The notes beneath the pieces were generated by a model. The model was not told the DNA's origin, searched no databases, and was given only the letters and a program-made list of their open reading frames with translations. The position numbers and the translations under genes were made by a program. Below are positions 1 to 11,610 of a stretch of 64,000 nt of DNA, piece by piece (positions within the stretch are counted from its first letter, which is position 1; each line of letters opens with the position of its first letter). Origin of the DNA: Ranitomeya imitator (lineage: Eukaryota); assembly GCF_032444005.1 (NCBI RefSeq), contig NC_091282.1:71734001-71798000 (forward strand), written 5' to 3'.

Positions 1-1383
1 CTGACATGAACGGTCCCTAGTAAACCCGTGCTGATACTGGGTCATGAGGTTATTCCTCTTCAGATACTCCAGTATAGCATCCCTTAGAATGCCCTCCAGG
101 ATTTTACCCACAGTAGAGGTTAAACTTACTGGCCTATAATTTCCGAGTTCAGTTTTTGTCCCCTTTTTGAATATTGGCACCACATTTGCTATACACCAGT
201 CCTGTGGTACAGACCCTGTTATTATGGAGTCTTTAAAGATTAAAAATAATGGTCTATCAATGACTGTACTCAATTCCTGCAGTACTCGGGGGTGTATCCC
301 ATCCGGGCCCGGAGATTTGTCAATTTTAGTGATTCTTAGACGCCGCCGCACTTCCTGCTGGGTTAAGCAGGTGACATTTAATTGGGAATTTTTATCACTA
401 GTCATTTTGTCTGCCATGGGATTTTCTTGTGTAAATACTGATGAAAAAAAGTCATTTAGCATATTGGCTTTTTCCTCATCCACCATTTCACCCAGACTAT
501 TTTTAAGGGGGCCAACACTATCATTTTTTAGTTTCTTACTATTTATGTAGTTAAAGAATATTTTAGGATTATTTTTACTCTCTCTGGCAATGAGTCTCTC
601 TGTCTCAATCTTTGCTGCCTTGATTTGCTTTTTACAGAATTTATTTAATTTTCTGTATTTATTTAATGCCTCCTCACTACCTACTTCCTTTAATTCTCTA
701 AATGCTTTCTTTTTGTCACTTATTGCGCCCCTTAGAGCTCTATTTAGCCATATTGGTTTCCTCCTATTTCTAGTATGTTTATTCCCATACGGTATATACT
801 GTGCACAGGTCCTATCCAGAATGCTAATAAATGTCTCCCATTTTCTTTGTGTATTTTTGTGTCTCAGGATATCATCCCAGTTAATTGCACCAAGATCCTC
901 TCTCATCCGTTGGAAATTTGCCCTCCTGAAGTTTAGTGTCCTTGTAACCCCTCTATTACACATCATTTTAAAGGATACATGAAAACTTATTATTTTGTGA
1001 TCGCTATTCCCCAAGTGACCCCCAACCCTTATATTTGATATACGGTCTGGTCTGTTGGTTAATATTAGGTCTAGCAGTGCCCCCCTTCTTGTTGGGTCCT
1101 GAACCAGTTGTGAAAGGTAATTGTCTCTCATAGTTGTCAAAAACCGATTACCTTTGCTGGAACTGCAAGTTTCTGTTCCCCAATCTATTTCAGGGTAGTT
1201 GAAGTCCCCCATAATAATGACTTCTCCTTGAGTCGCAGCTTCATCTGTTTGCTTTACGAGGATATTCTCCATTGCTTCCATTATTTTTGGAGATTTGTAA
1301 CAAACCCCTATCAGTAATTTATTATTTTTTCCCCCTCCCCTTATCTCCACCCACAGGGACTCTACATTTTCATTAAATTCACC
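1..1383 (-). mobile_element. CR1-clade LINE ORF2 fragment (endonuclease C-part to RT N-part), runs off the window start
   Basis: Minus-strand translation gives IIMGDF (APE endonuclease) near 1200-1220 and YRPVSLTSTVGKILE...QHGF (CR1 RT N-part) near 1-180. It joins in frame with 13060-13192 across the Tc1 TA site (RDNI|GEFNENVESLWVE). Confidence 0.9.
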
Positions 1384-1607
1384 TACAGTGGGGCAAAAAA
1401 GTATTTAGTCAGTCAGCAATAGTGCAAGTTCCACCACTTAAAAAGATGAGAGGCGTCTGTAATTTACATCATAGGTAGACCTCAACTATGGGAGACAAAC
1501 TGAGAAAAAAAAATCCAGAAAATCACATTGTCTGTTTTTTTAACATTTTATTTGCACATTATGGTGGAAAATAAGTATTTGGTCAGAAACAAAATTTCAT
1601 CTCAATA

Positions 1608-2624
1608 CTATGTAATATATCCTTTGTTGGCAATGACAGAGGTCAAACGTTTTCTGTAAGTCTTCACAAGGTTGCCACACACTGTTGTTGGTATGTTGGC
1701 CCATTCCTCCATGCAGATCTCCTCTAGAGCAGTGATGTTTTTGGCTTTTCGCTTGGCAACATGGACTTTCAACTCCCTCCAAAGGTTTTCTATAGGGTTG
1801 AGATCTGGAGACTGGCTAGGCCACTCCAGGACCTTGAAATGCTTCTTACGAAGCCACTCCTTCGTTGCCCTGGCGGTGTGCTTTGGATCATTGTCATGTT
1901 GAAAGACCCAGCCACGTTTCATCTTCAATGCCCTTGCTGATGGAAGGAGGTTTGCACTCAAAATCTCACGATACATGGCCCCATTCATTCTTTCATGTAC
2001 CCGGATCAGTCGTCCTGGCCCCTTTGCAGAGAAACAGCCCCAAAGCATGATGTTTCCACCACCATGCTTTACAGTAGGTATGGTGTTTGATGGATGCAAC
2101 TCAGTATTCTTTTTCCTCCAAACACGACAAGTTGTGTTTCTACCAAACAGTTCCAGTTTGGTTTCATCAGACCATAGGACATTCTCCCAAAACTCCTCTG
2201 GATCATCCAAATGCTCTCTAGCAAACTTCAGACGGGCCCGGACATGTACTGTCTTAAGCAGTGGGACACGTCTGGCACTGCAGGATCTGAGTCCATGGTG
2301 GCGTAGTGTGTTACTTATGGTAGGCCTTGTTACATTGGTCCCAGCTCTCTGCAGTTCATTCACTAGGTCCCCCCGCGTGGTTCTGGGATTTTTGCTCACC
2401 GTTCTTGTGATCATTCTGACCCCACGGGGTGGGATTTTGCATGGAGCCCCAGATCGAGGGAGATTATCAGTGGTTTTGTATGTCTTCCATTTTCTAATTA
2501 TTGCTCCCACTGTTGATTTCTTCACTCCAAGCTGGTTGGCTATTGCAGATTCAGTCTTCCCAGCCTGGTGCAGGGCTACAATTTTGTTTCTGGTGTCCTT
2601 TGACAGCTCTTTGGTCTTCACCAT
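1608..2624 (-). CDS. Tc1 transposase, 338 aa, essentially intact DD34E
   Basis: Paired-like HTH N-terminus; WSDETK / QHDND / PDLNPIE with 34 residues between the second D and E. A K-to-stop change removes only the last 2 residues relative to the second copy (...GYITKY). Confidence 0.93.
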   Translation of the reverse strand: MVKTKELSKDTRNKIVALHQAGKTESAIANQLGVKKSTVGAIIRKWKTYKTTDNLPRSGAPCKIPPRGVRMITRTVSKNPRTTRGDLVNELQRAGTNVTRPTISNTLRHHGLRSCSARRVPLLKTVHVRARLKFAREHLDDPEEFWENVLWSDETKLELFGRNTTCRVWRKKNTELHPSNTIPTVKHGGGNIMLWGCFSAKGPGRLIRVHERMNGAMYREILSANLLPSARALKMKRGWVFQHDNDPKHTARATKEWLRKKHFKVLEWPSQSPDLNPIENLWRELKVHVAKRKAKNITALEEICMEEWANIPTTVCGNLVKTYRKRLTSVIANKGYIT

Positions 2625-4025
2625 AGTGGAGTTTGGAGTCAGACTGTTTGAGGGTGTGCACAGGTGTCTTTTTATACTGATAACAAGTTTAAACAGGTGC
2701 CATTACTACAGGTAATGAGTGGATATAGATAAGTATAACACATCAACATGGTAGTCAGAAAAATCTCTAGATCTTAATAAATATACTCAATATACAAAAG
2801 GATGTATATACCATGTAAACTACAAAAGAGGATTTGTAGAGCCTATCATCAAATACTACATGAACAGCGATACAACAGATGATCAGAAGGCCAAGTATAG
2901 CTAATAAAATCACAATTTTTATTGAAAGTTATCTTAAAACCATATACAACCAAGGTGTACACAGAGAGACGAACTACTACAAAAATCACAATCACCCATA
3001 GACACGCGCAGCCACGGGTAATAGAGTATATATAGAACTATCTGTTATATCTTGGGAAACAGCTAATACTCTAAATCAATAATGTGCACAATCATCCCCA
3101 TAATAGGGCACTCCACACACACCCCCCTATAATGGGCAGGACATATGTCCCAAAGGATATGCAACCTATATGGGAAAACTCTATCACATCTCCCAGGCAT
3201 AGACACATCCACCATGCATAATATAAATCATACCCGGCCAGGAGGCCACATGATATAAACAACCATGTAAACAAATTACCTTGGTAGGGTAGTGGGGGAT
3301 GTAACTCTGATACCCGCAGCCGCGCGCGTGCCCCGACGCACGTTTCGGACTCCTTTATCAAGGGGCCTAGCATACACACACAAGTCACTCATATTTATAC
3401 ATCCTGGCAAGTGCACAGATAACCGCGCACCCGGAAGTCGCACGTGCTGCCCCAAGCATGACGCGTGCCGCTGCATGATCCCCGGCGACGCCCATCAGCA
3501 TCGGCGTCACAACGGAGCGGGGCCAAGCCGGACCAACACCACATCACAAGACGCCGAGAACTGGGAGGCGTGGCGGCGAGCATACACAGCACGCGTCAGA
3601 GGAAGCAGCGCGACTCTTAACCCTATACATACCAAACACACCAAACCGTGACAAGATAAATTAGAAAGTGCATACGGCGTATATTCACTCCTGATACAAA
3701 ACACAATTTATATACAGCGATAATACAATATTGTATCACATAAATGCTGCACACACAAAGGTGTGCCCAGTTGGATCAGTAGCACTTTATCCGGAATAGT
3801 CCAAATATTATGGCCGGAAACTAGATGTAGTGACCGGATCCGTTGCTCGCACAGTCCATTAGCCGTTTCTCGCACCTCCATAGTGAAATGTGTATACATA
3901 TATACCAATGTTACTAAAAAGCAATAAAAACAACAATTAGACACAATCGTATGTTAAAAAAACTTAAAAATACTTATATGGGGACATGATAAGTGGAATA
4001 TGAAGTACATGATAGTGGCACACAT

Positions 4026-6941
4026 CTACAAAAATGGGGCATAACTGATATTCTCGTTAAGTCCAGATGGTTGGACCGTGTCCAACGTCCATATCCACCT
4101 GGATTCTAACTGGGCCAATCTCTTAGTCATACTACCACCCCTAATGTCCATATCGAGCATATCTATGCCCCGAAATCTCAAGAGATCCCCATTACACTCG
4201 TGGTACCGCCTAAAATGACGAGGGATGGTTTTTAATACCGTAACATCCTCAACTGTTGCAGCAGCAGCAATGCCCAGAACGTGTTCCCTGATACGTATTT
4301 TCAATGGTCGTGTAGTCATGCCAATATAGATTTTCCGGCATGGACACACCGCATAGTAGATAACGTATCTACTGTTGCATGTGATCCGTTTCTTAACTGA
4401 AAATGTACGTGACCCATCCTGATTATCAAATGTATCAATCCGGTCAACATTGGTGCATGCTACACACCGGCCGCAAGGGAAACATCCATTGCGTACGGTC
4501 GCCTGGTCAAGAAATGTGTTACTAGGCATACCAGTGTAGTGGCTACGGACCAGGTGATCCCTCAGATTCCTTGATCTCCTTGCTGCAATAGCAGCTTTCT
4601 CAGGCACAAATCTGGAGATCACTGGATCAGCCCTCAAAATATGCCACGATTTATTCAGAATCCTTCTCATATGTGTAAATTGGGAATGGTAATCCGTAAC
4701 AAATCTCACCAAATCCTGGCCATTTTTTGAAGGCTGTTTAGGGCCATACAGTAAGGTGTTCCTAGACGTGTATTTCGCTCTGTTGAATGCTTTCTTGATC
4801 ATGCGATTACTAAAACCGCGTTCCTTTAACCTTAACTTCAGGTCATCAGCTTGTTTGATAAATTCCACATTACTTGAACACAACCTACGCAACCGGAGAA
4901 ATTGTCCGGTAGGGACTGATTGGATCATGTGACCCGGATGGGAGGAGGTGGCGTGCAACAACATGTTCGTGGAGGTAGGTTTACGAAAGATGTTTGTCTG
5001 TACCTCACCTTTCTCATCCTTATATAGTGAGACATCCAAAAATTCAATGGTTTGAGAATCATATTTATATGTGATGAATATATTCAACCGATTCTCATTA
5101 AGAGATGACATGAACACCTCTAGGTCTTCCAATGGTCCCTGCCAGATTAGTAAAATGTCGTCGATGTACCGCGTCCAGGAAAGGACGCGGCACATCGGCG
5201 AAGACCAATCAGGCAGGGGGAGGTCCCTCTCCCACAGCCCCAGGAACAGGTTGGCATAAGCCGGGGCGAAAGACGCCCCCATAGCTGTTCCCTGGAGCTG
5301 CAGGAAGAAGGACCCCTTGAAGACAAAAAAATTGTGTGTTAATGTAAATCTTAACAACTCCACAACCAACCTCTGAATGTCTACCGGCAAGTTGGACATA
5401 CTGAGAAAAACTTCAGTGGCATGAATCCCATCCTCATGCCTAATGCTGGTGTATAGGGATTCCACGTCCCCCGTCACAAACACCATATCGTCATCCAATT
5501 GTAAACCATCTACCCGTCGTAATAATTCACCGGTATCTTTTAGAAATGATGGCAACCCCTCCACTAACGGTTGTAGCTTTGAGTCAATCCAACGATTTAC
5601 ATTTTCGAGGTAATTACCTCTCCCCGATATAATAGGGCGTCCAGGGGGAGTCTGCGCATCCTTATGAATTTTAGGGAGTAGGTAAAAAGTAGAAATAGTT
5701 GGTTCTGATACAGTCAGGGCAGTAGCCAACTCCTGAGTTATAGTGCCCGCTTCCCTCGCCTGATTAATAATCAGGTGCAGCTGTGTGACAAAGGAGGACA
5801 ATGGGTTGAATGTCAGTTTTTTATAACACGTATTATTATTTAATTGGCGGAAGGCCTCTATCTCATAGAGTGTCTTCGGCCACACAACCACATTGCCTCC
5901 TTTGTCAGCTGGTTTATACACTACATCCGTAAAATCCTGTAGGACGCGCAGACGCCCCCTTTCTTCCTTGGTAAGATTGTCATTATATATATATCGTGGG
6001 ATTTCCATGAACTCCTTGGAGACAATCTGTACAAACAGGTCTATATTAGAGCAAGATGATATAGGAGGGAATTTCTTAGATTTAACACGTATTGACGATG
6101 GTACTTTACCTCCCTCCGGTGTGTTATGCTCAATAGCCAATTCCTCCAATGTACGTAGAGCTACTTGCTCTTCTTCTGTGGGAAAAATTTGGGAGAGGTT
6201 GCCATCAAAAAAATGCTTTTTAAAAATCAACGACCGGGCAAATAGATGTAAATCTTTGATAGCCGAGAAGGCATCAAAGCTCGCTGCTGGAGAAAAGGAA
6301 AAGCCTTTCTCCAATATATCTAGGTCTACATCTGAAAAAATATGTTTGCTCAAGTTAATTACCTTATTCTTGTATCTGGTTGCCACCGGGGAACGATCAT
6401 GCCGTCTATAAGGATGGAATACGTGTTCTCTCTGATTATGTCTGATCGATCCCGATCTAGTGGCTATAGATGACCCAGATACCTCAGATGTATCACTAAC
6501 AGATGACACTGACGTCTGTGAGGGGGTACGTCCCAGTTGCCGACCCTGTATCCGTGGTTTCCTCCACATATATACAGTCTGATTCTCATAATCTCTCCGA
6601 TCCCTATTTAACTTATTCAGTTGGGTAGCCTGGACCTTCTTCACCACAGCCTCCAAGGATTTATCCAACTGATTGTTAAACATACTCAATTTCTCCAACT
6701 TGCCCATAGTTTTTAATTCATCCTCAATTTTCTTAATCTCTGTATCCAACTGTGATATTATTTTGCTATTATGTTCACTTAATAGCTGCATAAAAACCTG
6801 CGAACATCCGTTGCAGGCCTCCTCCCACCGGGTCACAAACCCCGCATCCTCAATTGGAAATGTAGGAATCACCCTTACACGGAGACCTCTAGGAATCATT
6901 TTTCTAGCCAGATATTTGTCGAGAAATGTACGGTTCCACCA
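4026..6941 (-). CDS. Inverted, 5'-truncated copy of the same Penelope ORF
   Basis: Translation identical to the plus-strand ORF from WWNRTF to the stop. It begins at the inversion junction 6941/6942 and has no native start. Confidence 0.9.
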   Translation of the reverse strand, partial: WWNRTFLDKYLARKMIPRGLRVRVIPTFPIEDAGFVTRWEEACNGCSQVFMQLLSEHNSKIISQLDTEIKKIEDELKTMGKLEKLSMFNNQLDKSLEAVVKKVQATQLNKLNRDRRDYENQTVYMWRKPRIQGRQLGRTPSQTSVSSVSDTSEVSGSSIATRSGSIRHNQREHVFHPYRRHDRSPVATRYKNKVINLSKHIFSDVDLDILEKGFSFSPAASFDAFSAIKDLHLFARSLIFKKHFFDGNLSQIFPTEEEQVALRTLEELAIEHNTPEGGKVPSSIRVKSKKFPPISSCSNIDLFVQIVSKEFMEIPRYIYNDNLTKEERGRLRVLQDFTDVVYKPADKGGNVVVWPKTLYEIEAFRQLNNNTCYKKLTFNPLSSFVTQLHLIINQAREAGTITQELATALTVSEPTISTFYLLPKIHKDAQTPPGRPIISGRGNYLENVNRWIDSKLQPLVEGLPSFLKDTGELLRRVDGLQLDDDMVFVTGDVESLYTSIRHEDGIHATEVFLSMSNLPVDIQRLVVELLRFTLTHNFFVFKGSFFLQLQGTAMGASFAPAYANLFLGLWERDLPLPDWSSPMCRVLSWTRYIDDILLIWQGPLEDLEVFMSSLNENRLNIFITYKYDSQTIEFLDVSLYKDEKGEVQTNIFRKPTSTNMLLHATSSHPGHMIQSVPTGQFLRLRRLCSSNVEFIKQADDLKLRLKERGFSNRMIKKAFNRAKYTSRNTLLYGPKQPSKNGQDLVRFVTDYHSQFTHMRRILNKSWHILRADPVISRFVPEKAAIAARRSRNLRDHLVRSHYTGMPSNTFLDQATVRNGCFPCGRCVACTNVDRIDTFDNQDGSRTFSVKKRITCNSRYVIYYAVCPCRKIYIGMTTRPLKIRIREHVLGIAAAATVEDVTVLKTIPRHFRRYHECNGDLLRFRGIDMLDMDIRGGSMTKRLAQLESRWIWTLDTVQPSGLNENISYAPFL

Positions 6942-7828
6942 GAACACGTTCTGGGCATTGCTGCTGCTGCAACAGTTGAGGATGTTACGGTATTAAAAAC
7001 CATCCCTCGTCATTTTAGGCGGTACCACGAGTGTAATGGGGATCTCTTGAGATTTCGGGGCATAGATATGCTCGATATGGACATTAGGGGTGGTAGTATG
7101 ACTAAGAGATTGGCCCAGTTAGAATCCAGGTGGATATGGACGTTGGACACGGTCCAACCATCTGGACTTAACGAGAATATCAGTTATGCCCCATTTTTGT
7201 AGATGTGTGCCACTATCATGTACTTCATATTCCACTTATCATGTCCCCATATAAGTATTTTTAAGTTTTTTTAACATACGATTGTGTCTAATTGTTGTTT
7301 TTATTGCTTTTTAGTAACATTGGTATATATGTATACACATTTCACTATGGAGGTGCGAGAAACGGCTAATGGACTGTGCGAGCAACGGATCCGGTCACTA
7401 CATCTAGTTTCCGGCCATAATATTTGGACTATTCCGGATAAACTGCTACTGATCCAACTGGGCACACCTTTGTGTGTGCAGCATTTATGTGATACAATAT
7501 TGTATTATCGCTGTATATAAATTGTGTTTTGTATCAGGAGTGAATATACGCCGTATGCACTTTCTAATTTATCTTGTCACGGTTTGGTGTGTTTGGTATG
7601 TATAGGGTTAAGAGTCGCGCTGCTTCCTCTGACGCGTGCTGTGTATGCTCGCCGCCACGCCTCCCAGTTCTCGGCGTCTTGTGATGTGGTGTTGGTCCGG
7701 CTTGGCCCCGCCCCGTTGTGACGCCGATGCTGATGGGCGTCGCCGGGGATCATGCAGCGGCACGCGTCATGCTTGGGGCAGCACGTGCGACTTCCGGGTG
7801 CGCGGTTATCTGTGCACTTGCCAGGATG

Positions 7829-7836
7829 TATAAATA
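7829..7836 (+). promoter_or_regulatory. Candidate TATA box of the pLTR promoter
   Basis: TATAAATA downstream of a CpG-rich stretch (7600-7810) and ~30 nt upstream of the hammerhead stem I. Confidence 0.45.
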
Positions 7837-7861
7837 TGAGTGACTTGTGTGTGTATGCTAG

Positions 7862-7898
7862 GCCCCTTGATAAAGGAGTCCGAAACGTGCGTCGGGGC
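7862..7898 (+). ncRNA. Minimal type I hammerhead ribozyme in the pLTR (further copies 12270-12306 on + and 3330-3366 on -)
   Basis: GCCCC-UUGAUAA-A-GG(AGU)CC-GAAA-C(GUGC)GUC/GGGGC: 5-bp stem I, U3-A8 core variant, 2-bp stem II, self-complementary stem III ACGUGCGU, GUC cleavage after 7893. Confidence 0.75.
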
Positions 7899-8478
7899 AC
7901 GCGCGCGGCTGCGGGTATCAGAGTTACATCCCCCACTACCCTACCAAGGTAATTTGTTTACATGGTTGTTTATATCATGTGGCCTCCTGGCCGGGTATGA
8001 TTTATATTATGCATGGTGGATGTGTCTATGCCTGGGAGATGTGATAGAGTTTTCCCATATAGGTTGCATATCCTTTGGGACATATGTCCTGCCCATTATA
8101 GGGGGGTGTGTGTGGAGTGCCCTATTATGGGGATGATTGTGCACATTATTGATTTAGAGTATTAGCTGTTTCCCAAGATATAACAGATAGTTCTATATAT
8201 ACTCTATTACCCGTGGCTGCGCGTGTCTATGGGTGATTGTGATTTTTGTAGTAGTTCGTCTCTCTGTGTACACCTTGGTTGTATATGGTTTTAAGATAAC
8301 TTTCAATAAAAATTGTGATTTTATTAGCTATACTTGGCCTTCTGATCATCTGTTGTATCGCTGTTCATGTAGTATTTGATGATAGGCTCTACAAATCCTC
8401 TTTTGTAGTTTACATGGTATATACATCCTTTTGTATATTGAGTATATTTATTAAGATCTAGAGATTTTTCTGACTACC

Positions 8479-11400
8479 ATGTTGATGTGTTATACTTATC
8501 TATATATATCTTTTACTGTGTTTTGCACAGGCTGTACGTATGACATGGATTTCCAAGCTAAGGAAAAACATTGGCTGTTACATATAGACCAGGTGTTCGG
8601 GGGTGACGGAGCTAATTACCATGAGGATAGTGATATGAAGTGGGAAGAACAAACCACTATGCTGCAAAAAATGGTGGTGAAACGGACTAAATTATGGTGG
8701 AACCGTACATTTCTCGACAAATATCTGGCTAGAAAAATGATTCCTAGAGGTCTCCGTGTAAGGGTGATTCCTACATTTCCAATTGAGGATGCGGGGTTTG
8801 TGACCCGGTGGGAGGAGGCCTGCAACGGATGTTCGCAGGTTTTTATGCAGCTATTAAGTGAACATAATAGCAAAATAATATCACAGTTGGATACAGAGAT
8901 TAAGAAAATTGAGGATGAATTAAAAACTATGGGCAAGTTGGAGAAATTGAGTATGTTTAACAATCAGTTGGATAAATCCTTGGAGGCTGTGGTGAAGAAG
9001 GTCCAGGCTACCCAACTGAATAAGTTAAATAGGGATCGGAGAGATTATGAGAATCAGACTGTATATATGTGGAGGAAACCACGGATACAGGGTCGGCAAC
9101 TGGGACGTACCCCCTCACAGACGTCAGTGTCATCTGTTAGTGATACATCTGAGGTATCTGGGTCATCTATAGCCACTAGATCGGGATCGATCAGACATAA
9201 TCAGAGAGAACACGTATTCCATCCTTATAGACGGCATGATCGTTCCCCGGTGGCAACCAGATACAAGAATAAGGTAATTAACTTGAGCAAACATATTTTT
9301 TCAGATGTAGACCTAGATATATTGGAGAAAGGCTTTTCCTTTTCTCCAGCAGCGAGCTTTGATGCCTTCTCGGCTATCAAAGATTTACATCTATTTGCCC
9401 GGTCGTTGATTTTTAAAAAGCATTTTTTTGATGGCAACCTCTCCCAAATTTTTCCCACAGAAGAAGAGCAAGTAGCTCTACGTACATTGGAGGAATTGGC
9501 TATTGAGCATAACACACCGGAGGGAGGTAAAGTACCATCGTCAATACGTGTTAAATCTAAGAAATTCCCTCCTATATCATCTTGCTCTAATATAGACCTG
9601 TTTGTACAGATTGTCTCCAAGGAGTTCATGGAAATCCCACGATATATATATAATGACAATCTTACCAAGGAAGAAAGGGGGCGTCTGCGCGTCCTACAGG
9701 ATTTTACGGATGTAGTGTATAAACCAGCTGACAAAGGAGGCAATGTGGTTGTGTGGCCGAAGACACTCTATGAGATAGAGGCCTTCCGCCAATTAAATAA
9801 TAATACGTGTTATAAAAAACTGACATTCAACCCATTGTCCTCCTTTGTCACACAGCTGCACCTGATTATTAATCAGGCGAGGGAAGCGGGCACTATAACT
9901 CAGGAGTTGGCTACTGCCCTGACTGTATCAGAACCAACTATTTCTACTTTTTACCTACTCCCTAAAATTCATAAGGATGCGCAGACTCCCCCTGGACGCC
10001 CTATTATATCGGGGAGAGGTAATTACCTCGAAAATGTAAATCGTTGGATTGACTCAAAGCTACAACCGTTAGTGGAGGGGTTGCCATCATTTCTAAAAGA
10101 TACCGGTGAATTATTACGACGGGTAGATGGTTTACAATTGGATGACGATATGGTGTTTGTGACGGGGGACGTGGAATCCCTATACACCAGCATTAGGCAT
10201 GAGGATGGGATTCATGCCACTGAAGTTTTTCTCAGTATGTCCAACTTGCCGGTAGACATTCAGAGGTTGGTTGTGGAGTTGTTAAGATTTACATTAACAC
10301 ACAATTTTTTTGTCTTCAAGGGGTCCTTCTTCCTGCAGCTCCAGGGAACAGCTATGGGGGCGTCTTTCGCCCCGGCTTATGCCAACCTGTTCCTGGGGCT
10401 GTGGGAGAGGGACCTCCCCCTGCCTGATTGGTCTTCGCCGATGTGCCGCGTCCTTTCCTGGACGCGGTACATCGACGACATTTTACTAATCTGGCAGGGA
10501 CCATTGGAAGACCTAGAGGTGTTCATGTCATCTCTTAATGAGAATCGGTTGAATATATTCATCACATATAAATATGATTCTCAAACCATTGAATTTTTGG
10601 ATGTCTCACTATATAAGGATGAGAAAGGTGAGGTACAGACAAACATCTTTCGTAAACCTACCTCCACGAACATGTTGTTGCACGCCACCTCCTCCCATCC
10701 GGGTCACATGATCCAATCAGTCCCTACCGGACAATTTCTCCGGTTGCGTAGGTTGTGTTCAAGTAATGTGGAATTTATCAAACAAGCTGATGACCTGAAG
10801 TTAAGGTTAAAGGAACGCGGTTTTAGTAATCGCATGATCAAGAAAGCATTCAACAGAGCGAAATACACGTCTAGGAACACCTTACTGTATGGCCCTAAAC
10901 AGCCTTCAAAAAATGGCCAGGATTTGGTGAGATTTGTTACGGATTACCATTCCCAATTTACACATATGAGAAGGATTCTGAATAAATCGTGGCATATTTT
11001 GAGGGCTGATCCAGTGATCTCCAGATTTGTGCCTGAGAAAGCTGCTATTGCAGCAAGGAGATCAAGGAATCTGAGGGATCACCTGGTCCGTAGCCACTAC
11101 ACTGGTATGCCTAGTAACACATTTCTTGACCAGGCGACCGTACGCAATGGATGTTTCCCTTGCGGCCGGTGTGTAGCATGCACCAATGTTGACCGGATTG
11201 ATACATTTGATAATCAGGATGGGTCACGTACATTTTCAGTTAAGAAACGGATCACATGCAACAGTAGATACGTTATCTACTATGCGGTGTGTCCATGCCG
11301 GAAAATCTATATTGGCATGACTACACGACCATTGAAAATACGTATCAGGGAACACGTTCTGGGCATTGCTGCTGCTGCAACAGTTGAGGATGTTACGGTA

Positions 11401-11610
11401 TTAAAAACCATCCCTCGTCATTTTAGGCGGTACCACGAGTGTAATGGGGATCTCTTGAGATTTCGGGGCATAGATATGCTCGATATGGACATTAGGGGTG
11501 GTAGTATGACTAAGAGATTGGCCCAGTTAGAATCCAGGTGGATATGGACGTTGGACACGGTCCAACCATCTGGACTTAACGAGAATATCAGTTATGCCCC
11601 ATTTTTGTAG
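8479..11610 (+). CDS. Penelope-like RT plus GIY-YIG endonuclease (1043-aa open frame; probable true start ATG 8545)
   Basis: KPADKGG, YLLPKIHK, GRPIIS, DVESLYTSI, QGTAMGA, RYIDD, FLDV; Cys linker CFPCGRCVAC; VIYYAVCPCRKIYIGMTTRPLKIRIREH (GIY-YIG). No stops or frameshifts. Confidence 0.95.
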   Translation: MLMCYTYLYISFTVFCTGCTYDMDFQAKEKHWLLHIDQVFGGDGANYHEDSDMKWEEQTTMLQKMVVKRTKLWWNRTFLDKYLARKMIPRGLRVRVIPTFPIEDAGFVTRWEEACNGCSQVFMQLLSEHNSKIISQLDTEIKKIEDELKTMGKLEKLSMFNNQLDKSLEAVVKKVQATQLNKLNRDRRDYENQTVYMWRKPRIQGRQLGRTPSQTSVSSVSDTSEVSGSSIATRSGSIRHNQREHVFHPYRRHDRSPVATRYKNKVINLSKHIFSDVDLDILEKGFSFSPAASFDAFSAIKDLHLFARSLIFKKHFFDGNLSQIFPTEEEQVALRTLEELAIEHNTPEGGKVPSSIRVKSKKFPPISSCSNIDLFVQIVSKEFMEIPRYIYNDNLTKEERGRLRVLQDFTDVVYKPADKGGNVVVWPKTLYEIEAFRQLNNNTCYKKLTFNPLSSFVTQLHLIINQAREAGTITQELATALTVSEPTISTFYLLPKIHKDAQTPPGRPIISGRGNYLENVNRWIDSKLQPLVEGLPSFLKDTGELLRRVDGLQLDDDMVFVTGDVESLYTSIRHEDGIHATEVFLSMSNLPVDIQRLVVELLRFTLTHNFFVFKGSFFLQLQGTAMGASFAPAYANLFLGLWERDLPLPDWSSPMCRVLSWTRYIDDILLIWQGPLEDLEVFMSSLNENRLNIFITYKYDSQTIEFLDVSLYKDEKGEVQTNIFRKPTSTNMLLHATSSHPGHMIQSVPTGQFLRLRRLCSSNVEFIKQADDLKLRLKERGFSNRMIKKAFNRAKYTSRNTLLYGPKQPSKNGQDLVRFVTDYHSQFTHMRRILNKSWHILRADPVISRFVPEKAAIAARRSRNLRDHLVRSHYTGMPSNTFLDQATVRNGCFPCGRCVACTNVDRIDTFDNQDGSRTFSVKKRITCNSRYVIYYAVCPCRKIYIGMTTRPLKIRIREHVLGIAAAATVEDVTVLKTIPRHFRRYHECNGDLLRFRGIDMLDMDIRGGSMTKRLAQLESRWIWTLDTVQPSGLNENISYAPFL

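Noticed and set aside
167-982. Plus-strand ORFs of 127 and 130 aa
   Set aside because: They are antisense shadows of CR1 ORF2. The same applies to the short ORFs opposite the Tc1 and Penelope ORFs.
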